A program made the position numbers and the translations under genes. Shown here piece by piece: positions 9,818-18,516 of a stretch of DNA of 64,000 nucleotides. A model generated the notes under the pieces. It did no database searches. It saw only the letters and a program-made list of their open reading frames with translations, and had not been told where the DNA came from. How positions within the stretch are numbered: the stretch's first letter is position 1; the number at the start of each line of letters is the position of its first letter. The stretch is from IMG/VR virus record IMGVR_UViG_3300025137_000025, positions 1-64,000 of that record, one strand, 5' to 3'. Source of the stretch: a virus.

Positions 9818-10112
9818 CGAACTTACTCTTTATTACTAATAGCTCTGAGCACTTTTCGTACTCTTCGCCCTCTTCAAAATATGCTATTACGTCATCTATA
9901 ATTAGCTCTACAGTTTCTGGCGCCTTGGGATCAAACGGAAGAAATACAATCCTACCTGATTCTGTTTCTTGTAGTAAAAACTCTTCTACATGAACTTTCC
10001 CAGTTAGAATTTGATATGCGTTCTCATAGGCTTCTCCAAGAATCTCAATTTCCTCGTTGATGTCCACGTCATCATCGTTGTACTCTTCGTCGTATGGTAA
10101 ATCATTAAACAT
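9804..10112 (-). CDS. Acidic protein with C-terminal UVR (UvrB/C-type coiled-coil) motif
   Basis: Likely start ATG 10112 overlapping the upstream stop; C-terminus IAYFEEGEEYEKCSELL matches the UVR motif. Confidence 0.6.
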   Translation of the reverse strand: MFNDLPYDEEYNDDDVDINEEIEILGEAYENAYQILTGKVHVEEFLLQETESGRIVFLPFDPKAPETVELIIDDVIAYFEEGEEYEKCSELLVIKSKFDDTE

Positions 10113-11253
10113 TGTATTGATTATATCCTTCCATTCCCCGCGCCTTACTCCATATATATGCCTGTCCTGTTCGCTTGGACTCATATCCCATTTGCTTGTG
10201 CCAAGAATCGTTAGGACAAATAGAAGGAATGAAACGGACTTTGATTCCTCTGTACTCATTGACTTGTTCTTTATGAAAATGTCCACAGTGTGCTTCTCTA
10301 TGAGAAGTGGCTGCAAACATTTCTGGTTGTTCTGTTGCCATGATTAAAGGAATGTTTTGGGCCTTCTCTTTATCGCCATGTGTAAACATGAGCATATTCG
10401 TTCCGTACCTGTAGTACTTTCTAGGCTCGTTGTTATTGTCTACTGTTACTGCATCGTCATTGCGGTACCATCCATCTATTACATCTCCTACGTAATACAT
10501 TCGTTCGTAGTCGTGATTTCCAGAAATGACTATGACGTCTACAGGTGCTATTGTTTTTAGATAGTCTATAGTGTAGACCATCAGTTTCCAATACCCTCGA
10601 AAACTTTTCTTCCAATCCATGTAGTCCTGCTGCGGAGTTCCTTTAGTAGTTGTCTGCCGCATACCCTCTGAGTTAAGTCCGTCGTTACCTATGGGTAGGA
10701 TGAATCGTTCTATATCTAGTCCGGATGCTTTCGCTACTAAGTTTTGCACAACTTGTATATATTCTTTCTCTTGAAAGTCATACGGTAATGGCATATCTAC
10801 TAGCTTCCCATAATGTATGTCTGGGAGAGATATCTCATATGCAATAGGATCATCAAGTTCTTTGTACTCTTTGTCAGGATATATAGGAGCATAGTCTTGT
10901 GCAAACTCTTGCACTTCTTTTCGTATACTGTCTATATCAGGTCCATCAGCAGTTACGATAGAGTATCGTAGATCTCCTGTAGATGTTTGCCAGAACTTTA
11001 CGCTCGATACAGATGCCTCGCTTATACCATGAGTTTTAAGAAACTTCTGTAAGCTAGACGTATTTACAACATCCTCTCTGTCTAGTTTATTACCAGACAC
11101 ATTTTCATTTTTAAGCTCTCGCTTAACAGCCCCTAATACTTCTGTAGCCTCTTCGATAGAACAATCTAATCTATGAGCTAAAGCCCAGGCACCTTTTTTA
11201 AGGTACCCAGGCTTAGCTAGTAGAAATTGTCTTATGTATTCTTTTGACCTCAT
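10105..11253 (-). CDS. Calcineurin-like metallophosphoesterase with N-terminal HTH-like region
   Basis: Motifs PDIHYG, GND, GNHD, HGD, GHFH. Confidence 0.85.
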   Translation of the reverse strand: MRSKEYIRQFLLAKPGYLKKGAWALAHRLDCSIEEATEVLGAVKRELKNENVSGNKLDREDVVNTSSLQKFLKTHGISEASVSSVKFWQTSTGDLRYSIVTADGPDIDSIRKEVQEFAQDYAPIYPDKEYKELDDPIAYEISLPDIHYGKLVDMPLPYDFQEKEYIQVVQNLVAKASGLDIERFILPIGNDGLNSEGMRQTTTKGTPQQDYMDWKKSFRGYWKLMVYTIDYLKTIAPVDVIVISGNHDYERMYYVGDVIDGWYRNDDAVTVDNNNEPRKYYRYGTNMLMFTHGDKEKAQNIPLIMATEQPEMFAATSHREAHCGHFHKEQVNEYRGIKVRFIPSICPNDSWHKQMGYESKRTGQAYIWSKARGMEGYNQYNV

Positions 11254-11657
11254 ACTACTATGGGTAAAATTGGAACAACCTGTTCAGGAGTTACATCCTC
11301 TGGCAGCTGCTCTTCTTTAATTGTTTGCAAACTTATTTCTATTGTTTGTTGCATAGTTTCTTCAAGCGCTGCAAGCTGAGACTTTCTCTCACTGATGAGA
11401 TCCGAGTGCTCTTCTTCAAGCTTTTTGATTCCTTCTTCGTCTTCGGCCTCTGCTAGCTTATGGGCTTTCCCAGAAACTTCAATAAATTCTGCAGAAGGCT
11501 TAGCAACTTCTTCGTATTGTTTTAGAAGTTGTTCTAGTTCTTTAACATTGCGGGCTACGATTATAGCAAATCGTGCGCCTTTGTGTTGTTTAACTGCTTC
11601 AAGTCCTTTGTACAATTCAATGGCATCTGCCACCTTCATTTCAATTTGATGATACAT
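11250..11657 (-). CDS. Small helical protein, DUF1617-like / possible fibre chaperone
   Basis: Similar to 323..706; also directly downstream of a fibre gene. Confidence 0.5.
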   Translation of the reverse strand: MYHQIEMKVADAIELYKGLEAVKQHKGARFAIIVARNVKELEQLLKQYEEVAKPSAEFIEVSGKAHKLAEAEDEEGIKKLEEEHSDLISERKSQLAALEETMQQTIEISLQTIKEEQLPEDVTPEQVVPILPIVV

Positions 11658-11682
11658 CTGTTTTGGTTGGTTGGTTTGCGTA

Positions 11683-12702
11683 TTAATTTATAACTACTAC
11701 GTGTAGCTTTCGGATGCTCGAAGGTCGCTCAGCGCCGTCGTTTGTTAGTGTTACTGTTATCTGTCCCGAAGATACGGAAACTAAATTAGTATAGATAGCT
11801 CCTTCGATCTGAGTACCAGATTCGTTAGGAGCAAGTAGTGTTAGCATTACGACTGAGTCGGCAGTAACAAAGGAGTTACTAATAGTAAAAGTTTTTGCAG
11901 TATTAGCTCCAATTGTAGCTGCAAACAAAGTAACAACTCCTGCAGCAGCATTCATTGTTACAGCAGTTGCCATGCTGGTCAGCTGTGTTACAGCCCCTAC
12001 TGTAGAGGTTTTAAAACGTCCTACTGTAATGTCTGTTGCAATAACGCTTCCAAGAGTTACGTTTCCGAGAGTTACGTTATCATTTACTTCTACAAAATTA
12101 CCTTTTGTAAATCCAACAGTTACTGTATTTGCAGAATTGTCTTGAGCGATTGCAATGTTAGTTCCTGCAGTAAGGGTTTTCATCTCAGGTCCTGAGGTTG
12201 TTCCTACTGCTATTTCTAAGTTTGCATCAAGTACAGCATAACTTAAACTTGCGCCTCCTATTAACAATCCTTTGTTTGTAAATGACGCAACACCTGTTCC
12301 CCCATTTGCTATGGGTAATTGTCCTGTTACATTAGATGCGAGGTTTACACTCGAAAGAAATGCAGAACTAGAGTTACTGCAGGCGTTTAGATCAAAAGAT
12401 CCAATTCCTGTGAGACTGCTGATGTTTATATCACTAGGAGTAACAGCTAGTGTTAGGTCATTAGTATTTTGAGTTACAGTTACACCTGTACCCCCTACAA
12501 TATCTCTCTGAGAAAGTGTTCCAAGAGCAAATGTTTTTACAACTCCTGCGCCTGCACTTCCTAAAGTTGTAATAGTTTTTATTGCAGCAGACAAGGCTGC
12601 AAACTTTGTGGTGGTAGACCCATCGGCCATTACAAAAAAGTGTGAGCTCGTTGTACTTGCTACTGCTGTAGCGCTAAGATCATTTATCTTTACGTTAGCC
12701 AT
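11683..12702 (-). CDS. Tail fibre protein
   Basis: N-terminal VKINDL docking-type motif; VTGQLPIANGGTG shaft motif; G/T/A/S-rich. Confidence 0.7.
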   Translation of the reverse strand: MANVKINDLSATAVASTTSSHFFVMADGSTTTKFAALSAAIKTITTLGSAGAGVVKTFALGTLSQRDIVGGTGVTVTQNTNDLTLAVTPSDINISSLTGIGSFDLNACSNSSSAFLSSVNLASNVTGQLPIANGGTGVASFTNKGLLIGGASLSYAVLDANLEIAVGTTSGPEMKTLTAGTNIAIAQDNSANTVTVGFTKGNFVEVNDNVTLGNVTLGSVIATDITVGRFKTSTVGAVTQLTSMATAVTMNAAAGVVTLFAATIGANTAKTFTISNSFVTADSVVMLTLLAPNESGTQIEGAIYTNLVSVSSGQITVTLTNDGAERPSSIRKLHVVVIN

Positions 12703-12706
12703 TTTA

Positions 12707-13138
12707 TTAAGTTATTAGGTTGTCCGAGCCTTGTGTTATTAAAGGACTCCCTGATTGAGTTGTGATAAAAGTTATAGTAGGTGTAGGGGAGCTGGAAACT
12801 CCATCAGTTCCTACAGCAACCGTAGCTCCAATTGTTAAGCAGTCTCTACACTCTCTTTGTACGTAATCTAAAAATACGTTTATTAGTTTCCACCCAGGTC
12901 GAGCCGAGTTGGTTACCTGCAGACAGTCTAGATCTTTTTTATCTTCTGCATTTACTTGATAGTCCTGTAACAGGTATGCTATCAAAGTTAGTTTGACATT
13001 CTCACCAGTGTCACATTGTATTCCTCCTATCATCTTTGAATAGAGGGCGTGATGCTTTTTGCTGATACACGTACGCAATGCTGCGAGTCTATCAACTATG
13101 ACCTGGTTGTTGTCGTATGATTGTACTGTAGTAGCCAT
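12707..13138 (-). CDS. Putative tail hub protein B
   Basis: Start likely ATG 13138 (TAATG overlap); small Cys-containing helical protein; synteny with the crAss hub pair. Confidence 0.45.
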   Translation of the reverse strand: MATTVQSYDNNQVIVDRLAALRTCISKKHHALYSKMIGGIQCDTGENVKLTLIAYLLQDYQVNAEDKKDLDCLQVTNSARPGWKLINVFLDYVQRECRDCLTIGATVAVGTDGVSSSPTPTITFITTQSGSPLITQGSDNLIT

Positions 13139-13728
13139 TAGCATCCACATGCGCAAACCTCTACACAGAGAGTATTTGCTTTGTTGTACATACTTACAGC
13201 GTGGTCGTAATTGCTTTCTTGTTCAGCAGCAAACGTTGCACCCTGTAGCATTAAAAATACTTTTTCTGCTCTAAGCAGATCTTCTTTACACTTGTCACAT
13301 TTGCAGTGACATTCTATTGCTGCGTCAACAAGCTTTGCTATGCAGCAGTCTATTTGACACGATGCTACTGTATACAATGTCTGCATAAGAGTAGTATCTG
13401 CTGCATTTTCATTCTTTACTCCGTCTGCATCTATATCATAGTTGAGGGTAGTAGCATCATGTAGCTCTACTGATATGACTCCTACAAATGCTGTGGTTGA
13501 TGTTGCTGTAAATATAAATGCTCCCCCTGAATTGGACACGCCGCTGTCAGTGGGCGTTAGGTACAGTTGTACTGTTTTACTCTGATCGTAGATGTAAATC
13601 TTTTTGATATCAGTTATGTCAGCGATGGCACTCCCGAACATATCAAGATGCCCGTTCGCTATTCTCCCGCTAATAGTCTTACAATTAGTAGAGGTATTTA
13701 AGAATCTTACGTCTTCAACGGATGCCAT
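13138..13728 (-). CDS. Putative tail hub protein A
   Basis: Beta N-terminal half and Cys-rich helical C-terminus (CCIAKL...CHCKCDKC...CACGC); follows the auxiliary capsid gene. Confidence 0.5.
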   Translation of the reverse strand: MASVEDVRFLNTSTNCKTISGRIANGHLDMFGSAIADITDIKKIYIYDQSKTVQLYLTPTDSGVSNSGGAFIFTATSTTAFVGVISVELHDATTLNYDIDADGVKNENAADTTLMQTLYTVASCQIDCCIAKLVDAAIECHCKCDKCKEDLLRAEKVFLMLQGATFAAEQESNYDHAVSMYNKANTLCVEVCACGC

Positions 13729-13746
13729 GTTATTCTGTTTTGAATT

Positions 13747-13805
13747 AAAAAAGCCTGTAACTCACAAAACCTCGCACTGCGCAAAGTTTAGGTTACAGGC
13801 AGCTG
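13747..13805 (-). ncRNA. Candidate small RNA or attenuator leader (long hairpin + U6)
   Basis: GCCTGTAAC...GTTACAGGC outer stem, AAACTTTGC/GCGAGGTTT inner stem, then TTTTTT; directly behind a TAACTTTG promoter element. Confidence 0.5.
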
Positions 13806-13813
13806 CAAAGTTA
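13806..13813 (-). promoter_or_regulatory. Bacteroidota -7 element (TAACTTTG)
   Basis: TAnnTTTG in the intergenic region. Confidence 0.55.
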
Positions 13814-13819
13814 TAAGTG

Positions 13820-13848
13820 ATAAGGGGGAGAGCTCAATTGCCCTCCCC
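13820..13848 (-). terminator. Hairpin after auxiliary capsid gene
   Basis: GGGGAGGGC-AATTGA-GCTCTCCCC followed by a weak pyrimidine tail. Confidence 0.5.
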
Positions 13849-13864
13849 ATTACCATAATAGATA

Positions 13865-14965
13865 TTACCAAGCGTACTTGGCAGACTGCAATACAGTAGT
13901 ATCATTTGTGATACCAAATGGAGCAGTAATGTTCTGATTACTTGTGTTTGATGCAATTGCAGTAGAAGCACCAACATAAAGAACTACCTGGTTCAACTCT
14001 CCTGCAGGTGCAATACCTGTAGAGCTTGGCCAGTTGTGTGCGTACTCAACAGTAATCTTGTGATACTTATTTCCTTTAACTGCGATTGGGGCAATCGTTT
14101 GTGGAAGGTACATTCTGTTGAAGTTACCTACACGGCTCTGGCAACGAAACTCCTCTCCCATTACCTGCCAATCATTACCAGTTCCTAAAACTTGACCAGT
14201 AGTAGCAATGGATTGCGCCTTAGCACCGTTAGTTACGTTTTGGATAATCAAATCAAAGATCAAACCTGGGTGCAAAGCTGTAATAACAATGTCATTACTT
14301 ACGTCCGTTGCTGCGACTATTTTGCTGAGTATAGGGCTAGCAGCAATAGCAGCTTGAACAGCAGTAAGGTTGGCAGAAGCGTTTGCATCATCCACGTCAG
14401 CGATATCAACAGACATGTTGATTACCTTGTGGTTAGTAGTGTTGAAAGCTCCCAATGGGAAGTCTCCGAAAGGGGACACACCATTTGCATCATAAAAAGA
14501 AAGCTGATCAGTCGGAGTAGTTCGGATGATAAATCTGAAGTCATAGCTGTTTCCGTCTGCAGAGGCAGTTCCGGCCGCATTTGCAACATTAAGCTTAGCA
14601 CTAGTAATAGTAGCTTTATGCCCCGCCCATGCTTGATAGACATCAACGCTAAGACGCTTGATAGCACTTGTAGCAATCAAAGGTGTTGCAATAGCGTTAC
14701 CTGTGCCTCCTTGTACAATTTGCAATTCTTTTCGTAACCATGCTGGGCTAGCGAAGGCCAATGCTGCGGTCGGCGATGGTGTGCTGCCGTCGGCAGTGTC
14801 GGTGTCACTGTCAAGTGGTGAAAATGTCTTTTGGAATAAGGCAGTAACAGCAAATGCTCCGTCTACAAATAGTCCAACTGCTCCTGCTCCTCCTGAATTG
14901 AAGTCGCCAGATGCTGTTAGTACTGCTCCGTTTTGTACGAAGACTTGTGATAAATTGGTTCCCAT
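13865..14965 (-). CDS. Auxiliary capsid (decoration) protein
   Basis: 366 aa, A/T/G-rich, abundant-protein codon style; VLGTGNDWQVMGEEFRC...Y...VEY pattern and position after MCP/gene75/ring gene as in crAss-like phages. Confidence 0.6.
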   Translation of the reverse strand: MGTNLSQVFVQNGAVLTASGDFNSGGAGAVGLFVDGAFAVTALFQKTFSPLDSDTDTADGSTPSPTAALAFASPAWLRKELQIVQGGTGNAIATPLIATSAIKRLSVDVYQAWAGHKATITSAKLNVANAAGTASADGNSYDFRFIIRTTPTDQLSFYDANGVSPFGDFPLGAFNTTNHKVINMSVDIADVDDANASANLTAVQAAIAASPILSKIVAATDVSNDIVITALHPGLIFDLIIQNVTNGAKAQSIATTGQVLGTGNDWQVMGEEFRCQSRVGNFNRMYLPQTIAPIAVKGNKYHKITVEYAHNWPSSTGIAPAGELNQVVLYVGASTAIASNTSNQNITAPFGITNDTTVLQSAKYAW

Positions 14966-14996
14966 CTTAATTTTATTTAGGGATTAAACGTCAAAT

Positions 14997-16127
14997 TTAT
15001 TCACTACCTAGGACTTCCCTAGATTGTGAGTTATACCTCGGGTCAGAAATGGCCTCTAGTATGCTTTGAACTGTCATCTCCACGATCTCTTCGTGAGTGT
15101 GGGGAGACAGCTCACAACCTATGTTTAGGATAGCATCCATACGCTTAGGTTGTCTTATATATTTAATATTGACAAATGTAGTGAAAAAAGTATCGTCACT
15201 ATGTACGTCAATAAAGTTTTCTTGAATAGTGTATTTAATCTTGTCGTAGCTAGTCGTATTAAACGGATCACTAAGTAACGCATAAAGATCATCATGCTGC
15301 ACATAGCTCATTTTTTCCTTTTGTCTTGTGCCTGCGTTCTTGTACGTTCGATACGTTACGGTTACAGTAGCAGGTTGAACAGACGCTGCTTCTTCTGTCT
15401 GTGCTGCATTTAATGGATTAGTCCATATAGCCTTAATGGTTTCATCAGCAATTGCACCTGACAACAGGAGCACTAGAGTATTAGAATCACTCGTAGGGGT
15501 TAACTCTGAAGCAGCCCATTCTTCCATGTCGTATTCAGGATCTATTGTTGATGATTCTGCCCCAAAAGCAGGATCAGACATAGCGGGTGCGATATTTGCT
15601 ATCAAACTTTGATCATAGTTCTGCTTATTAAGTAAGTATGGTAAGTCCATACCTGCAGCATTAGAAATCAAAGGAGTTCCACCAGCAGTAATACTTGTGA
15701 GTATCCATCCTGGATTAGTAGTAGGTGTTAGCGGTACGCTGACCGGCTTATATGAAAGCACTGCACTTTCAAATACAATCGGGATATGACAATCGTAAAA
15801 GGTATCTCCTACAGCGTTTACTAAGAACATGTAGTCATTAGGTAAAGGCGCTCGGTCTACGTTAAATCCCGTTATAGTTGTGCCTCCGTAAAAGCATTTT
15901 ACTCGAGAGTCTACTACTAGAGCTCTTAAGTCATCTATACGCTTTTGAGATTGCTCAAAGCCATCACGGTATTTATTACCCATAGGAGAGTAACGTTGCT
16001 TAATAAACGAATCCATCGCACTATTAAGCTCGTGATCAATCTCTTGGGGTAAGAGATTGTCAACCTGGAAAGATGCAATTTTTTGCACCCCCAGGTTGAC
16101 AGCAATATGCATCTCTTCTATAGTCAT
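14997..16127 (-). CDS. Tail ring protein (crAss gene-74 type) with internal insertion
   Basis: MTIEEMH...LPQEIDHELN.A...GFEQSQKRIDDLRALV...LPNDYMFLV...YIRQP...CELSPHTHEEIVEMTV. Confidence 0.75.
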   Translation of the reverse strand: MTIEEMHIAVNLGVQKIASFQVDNLLPQEIDHELNSAMDSFIKQRYSPMGNKYRDGFEQSQKRIDDLRALVVDSRVKCFYGGTTITGFNVDRAPLPNDYMFLVNAVGDTFYDCHIPIVFESAVLSYKPVSVPLTPTTNPGWILTSITAGGTPLISNAAGMDLPYLLNKQNYDQSLIANIAPAMSDPAFGAESSTIDPEYDMEEWAASELTPTSDSNTLVLLLSGAIADETIKAIWTNPLNAAQTEEAASVQPATVTVTYRTYKNAGTRQKEKMSYVQHDDLYALLSDPFNTTSYDKIKYTIQENFIDVHSDDTFFTTFVNIKYIRQPKRMDAILNIGCELSPHTHEEIVEMTVQSILEAISDPRYNSQSREVLGSE

Positions 16128-16930
16128 TTAATCTCTTTGAGTTGTGCCCTCATTGCATTAACCTGCCCTGAGTTCTTTTTATTATTAAAGTACACTATAG
16201 CGTCAGTGATATTCTCACCAATGGTTTCATCTGCATAGATGATTTGATTACCAATAGTTCGAAGCACACTTAGCTCAATCATCTCTTCGAGTTCTGCACG
16301 TACATCAAGATTCTTATCTGTACTCATTTTAAGAAACATTGCAGGTTTCTCACTTTTGATACTGTACAGTTGATTCTCTATCTCCATGTCTGTGAGAGTC
16401 TCTGGTCTTGCTCCTTTAGACAATACTCGCAATAGTCTGCGCATCTTATCCGTATCAGCAGAAATCTTGATAAACTCCTTATCTGCCTCTTTCTTAAGCT
16501 TAACCTCAACATTTTGTTTCAGCAAGTCTTTTTGTGGATCATATATATAGAACCGCTTTTGTCCGTCAGATTTCATTATTTCTTCTGACTCTGCAACTTG
16601 TCTGTGTTTTAAACACCACTTGTAAATTAGGTAATCCATTACATTCTCTGGGTTACCGCTTTCATCTACTGCGATGTTTAACTCCTTTCCTTCGAAAGGA
16701 ATCTTCACACTCATGCTAGACCAGAAATCTTTTTCTTCCTTTGGCCATTTTTCATGTCCTGGAGGAACGTCTAAGATTTGCGCTAGCAACTTATGTGATT
16801 CTTCACCTTCTACACCTCGTAAAGGCTGTCGCCCTACATAGATGCTTCCGATGCTAATTTTTGCTCCTGCTCTTACCTCTTTGGGTAAGAAATTAAGAGT
16901 CTCTTTTCTGCGTATGTATATTGTTCGCAT
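16124..16930 (-). CDS. Conserved crAss-like protein downstream of MCP (gene-75 type)
   Basis: FWSSMSVKIP, NVMDYLIYKW...VAES, C-terminal IGENITDAIVYFNNKKN; synteny. Confidence 0.7.
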   Translation of the reverse strand: MRTIYIRRKETLNFLPKEVRAGAKISIGSIYVGRQPLRGVEGEESHKLLAQILDVPPGHEKWPKEEKDFWSSMSVKIPFEGKELNIAVDESGNPENVMDYLIYKWCLKHRQVAESEEIMKSDGQKRFYIYDPQKDLLKQNVEVKLKKEADKEFIKISADTDKMRRLLRVLSKGARPETLTDMEIENQLYSIKSEKPAMFLKMSTDKNLDVRAELEEMIELSVLRTIGNQIIYADETIGENITDAIVYFNNKKNSGQVNAMRAQLKEIK

Positions 16931-16937
16931 GGTTTGA

Positions 16938-16994
16938 TTGTTCTTTTAAGTTTAGAAAGAATAACTAAGCTGTTCTTTTATAAGAAGAATAACT
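16938..16994. repeat. Tandem pair of imperfect palindromes (TGTTCTTTTA...AAGAATAACT x2)
   Basis: Copies at about 16938-16966 and 16971-16994, immediately upstream of the gene-75 start. Confidence 0.6.
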
Positions 16995-17015
16995 TAATAG
17001 GGGTTTTTTGGTAAG

Positions 17016-17046
17016 CAGGGGGACCACTCGACAGCAGTCCCCCCTG
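17016..17046 (-). terminator. GC-rich hairpin after MCP (stabiliser or weak terminator)
   Basis: CAGGGGGAC...GTCCCCCCTG inverted repeat; no U-tract on the coding strand. Confidence 0.4.
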
Positions 17047-17063
17047 TGCAAACCAAACACAAA

Positions 17064-18491
17064 TTACGATGCCACACACTGGAGATCAAGCGAAGTATCG
17101 AATCTGCGGAGCAGGATACCAGCCGTCTTCAACATGTGTACAGATGCACCGTCTATGTCACTAGCGCGAGTGTCAGACTCAGCAAATCCCTTAGGGACAA
17201 CTGAACCAGCAACAGCCCAACGCAACATTTCACGACCTTTCTTATTAATCATCTGGAGGTTGTTTTCTCCGTCATAAGAAGACTGGTCGACAAACGTCAT
17301 TCTGTACGATTCCAATGGCAATCCAGATTCTGGGTGCTTAGCAGAAGCTTGAGCAACAGGACCGTGATCCATCAATGGTACCTTAACTACATTCACTCTA
17401 TGACCATCAACGTGCTCATAAGAATTGAAGTAACCAGTGATACCTAAGCTACGTCCGCTACCTGTGATAAACTTAGGCTCCGTAGTTTGGAGATAAGAGT
17501 TATTACCATAGTAGGCTCTCATTGCTTTATCAAACTCACGTGCTCCACCAATACCGGTGTACAAAGTCACCTGCTTATCAGTAGCGTCAGTCATTCCGTA
17601 GAACAAGTCCCCAATCACGTTCTCAATCTTTTGTTGAGTAAGAGTAGAGTAAGTGTCCTTGTTGATGATTTGCTCAAACAAACCTGGACCTGCAATTACA
17701 GGTTGTCCGTTTTCGTCAATCATCTCATTTACACCATTGTCACCATATGTCTTCTGGCCATACCAGTAGTACATCTCACACTCTTCTTTAAACTTGAGCA
17801 TGTGACGGTACTCTTCGTAGTCCATCCACAATTTAGTCTTAGAACCCTCACGAGTTGGAAGCTCAAATTGTGCAACATAATCTTTAGCATTACCAGACAT
17901 GTGGTAAGACTTACGTACTGTTCCGATCTTAGAACGAACCAATCCGGGCGCTGCCCAGTTAGATGCATTTCCACGAGAGAAGTCTACACCTACTGATGCA
18001 AACAACATACCGAAGAGAGCGCCATTAACAACGTCTGAAGCAGGCATGCTAGCTTGATCAGGAGATACAAGCTTCAATGTATACTCATATCCACCAGATA
18101 CAGGCTTAGGCTGCTCCATAATACGAGCAAGTACACCAGACTGTGAAACCAGGGTATATGGGAAAATAAACCACTTGTCAGGGAATGTCAATTTGAACAA
18201 TTGACCGCCTGCACCTTGAGCTGCAGACAAAGCTGTTGCGTTAGATACGGGGCGAACATTCACTTCGTGAGTTTTTACACGGTACTCATACTCAAAACGG
18301 TCGATAGATTTAGTATTACCTACGCCTTCCGTAAGGAAAGACAAAGGAAACTTCTTCTCTTCGCGTCCTGCGAGGTGAGTAATAATAGGAGACAACTCTT
18401 CTGGTTTCTCCATAAGTGCATTAACCAACGAGTTAGTGTCGGTCATCTGCTGATCATTGTAGTACGTTTTTAGTACTTGCGTTAAAGCCAT
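17064..18491 (-). CDS. Major capsid protein (crAss-like, HK97 fold)
   Basis: 475 aa; TDTNSL, FPLSFLTEG, KLWMDYEEY, GPGLFEQI, LYTGIGGAREFD, LMDHG, HPESGLPLESYRMTFVD motifs; after portal/scaffold. Confidence 0.9.
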   Translation of the reverse strand: MALTQVLKTYYNDQQMTDTNSLVNALMEKPEELSPIITHLAGREEKKFPLSFLTEGVGNTKSIDRFEYEYRVKTHEVNVRPVSNATALSAAQGAGGQLFKLTFPDKWFIFPYTLVSQSGVLARIMEQPKPVSGGYEYTLKLVSPDQASMPASDVVNGALFGMLFASVGVDFSRGNASNWAAPGLVRSKIGTVRKSYHMSGNAKDYVAQFELPTREGSKTKLWMDYEEYRHMLKFKEECEMYYWYGQKTYGDNGVNEMIDENGQPVIAGPGLFEQIINKDTYSTLTQQKIENVIGDLFYGMTDATDKQVTLYTGIGGAREFDKAMRAYYGNNSYLQTTEPKFITGSGRSLGITGYFNSYEHVDGHRVNVVKVPLMDHGPVAQASAKHPESGLPLESYRMTFVDQSSYDGENNLQMINKKGREMLRWAVAGSVVPKGFAESDTRASDIDGASVHMLKTAGILLRRFDTSLDLQCVAS

Positions 18492-18516
18492 AGTTTTCTA
18501 GTTTTTAAGTTAGTTT

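Noticed and set aside
10113-10316. Extended N-termini given by the ORF track (also 23474-23548, 29666-29707, 52612-52731)
   Set aside because: They overlap upstream genes; downstream ATGs coupled to the previous stop or promoter are more plausible
14192-14737. Long antisense ORFs (e.g. 14192..14737, 17487..17996, 31651..32106, 53801..54247, 62515..63051)
   Set aside because: Shadow ORFs opposite well-supported genes; no recognisable motifs
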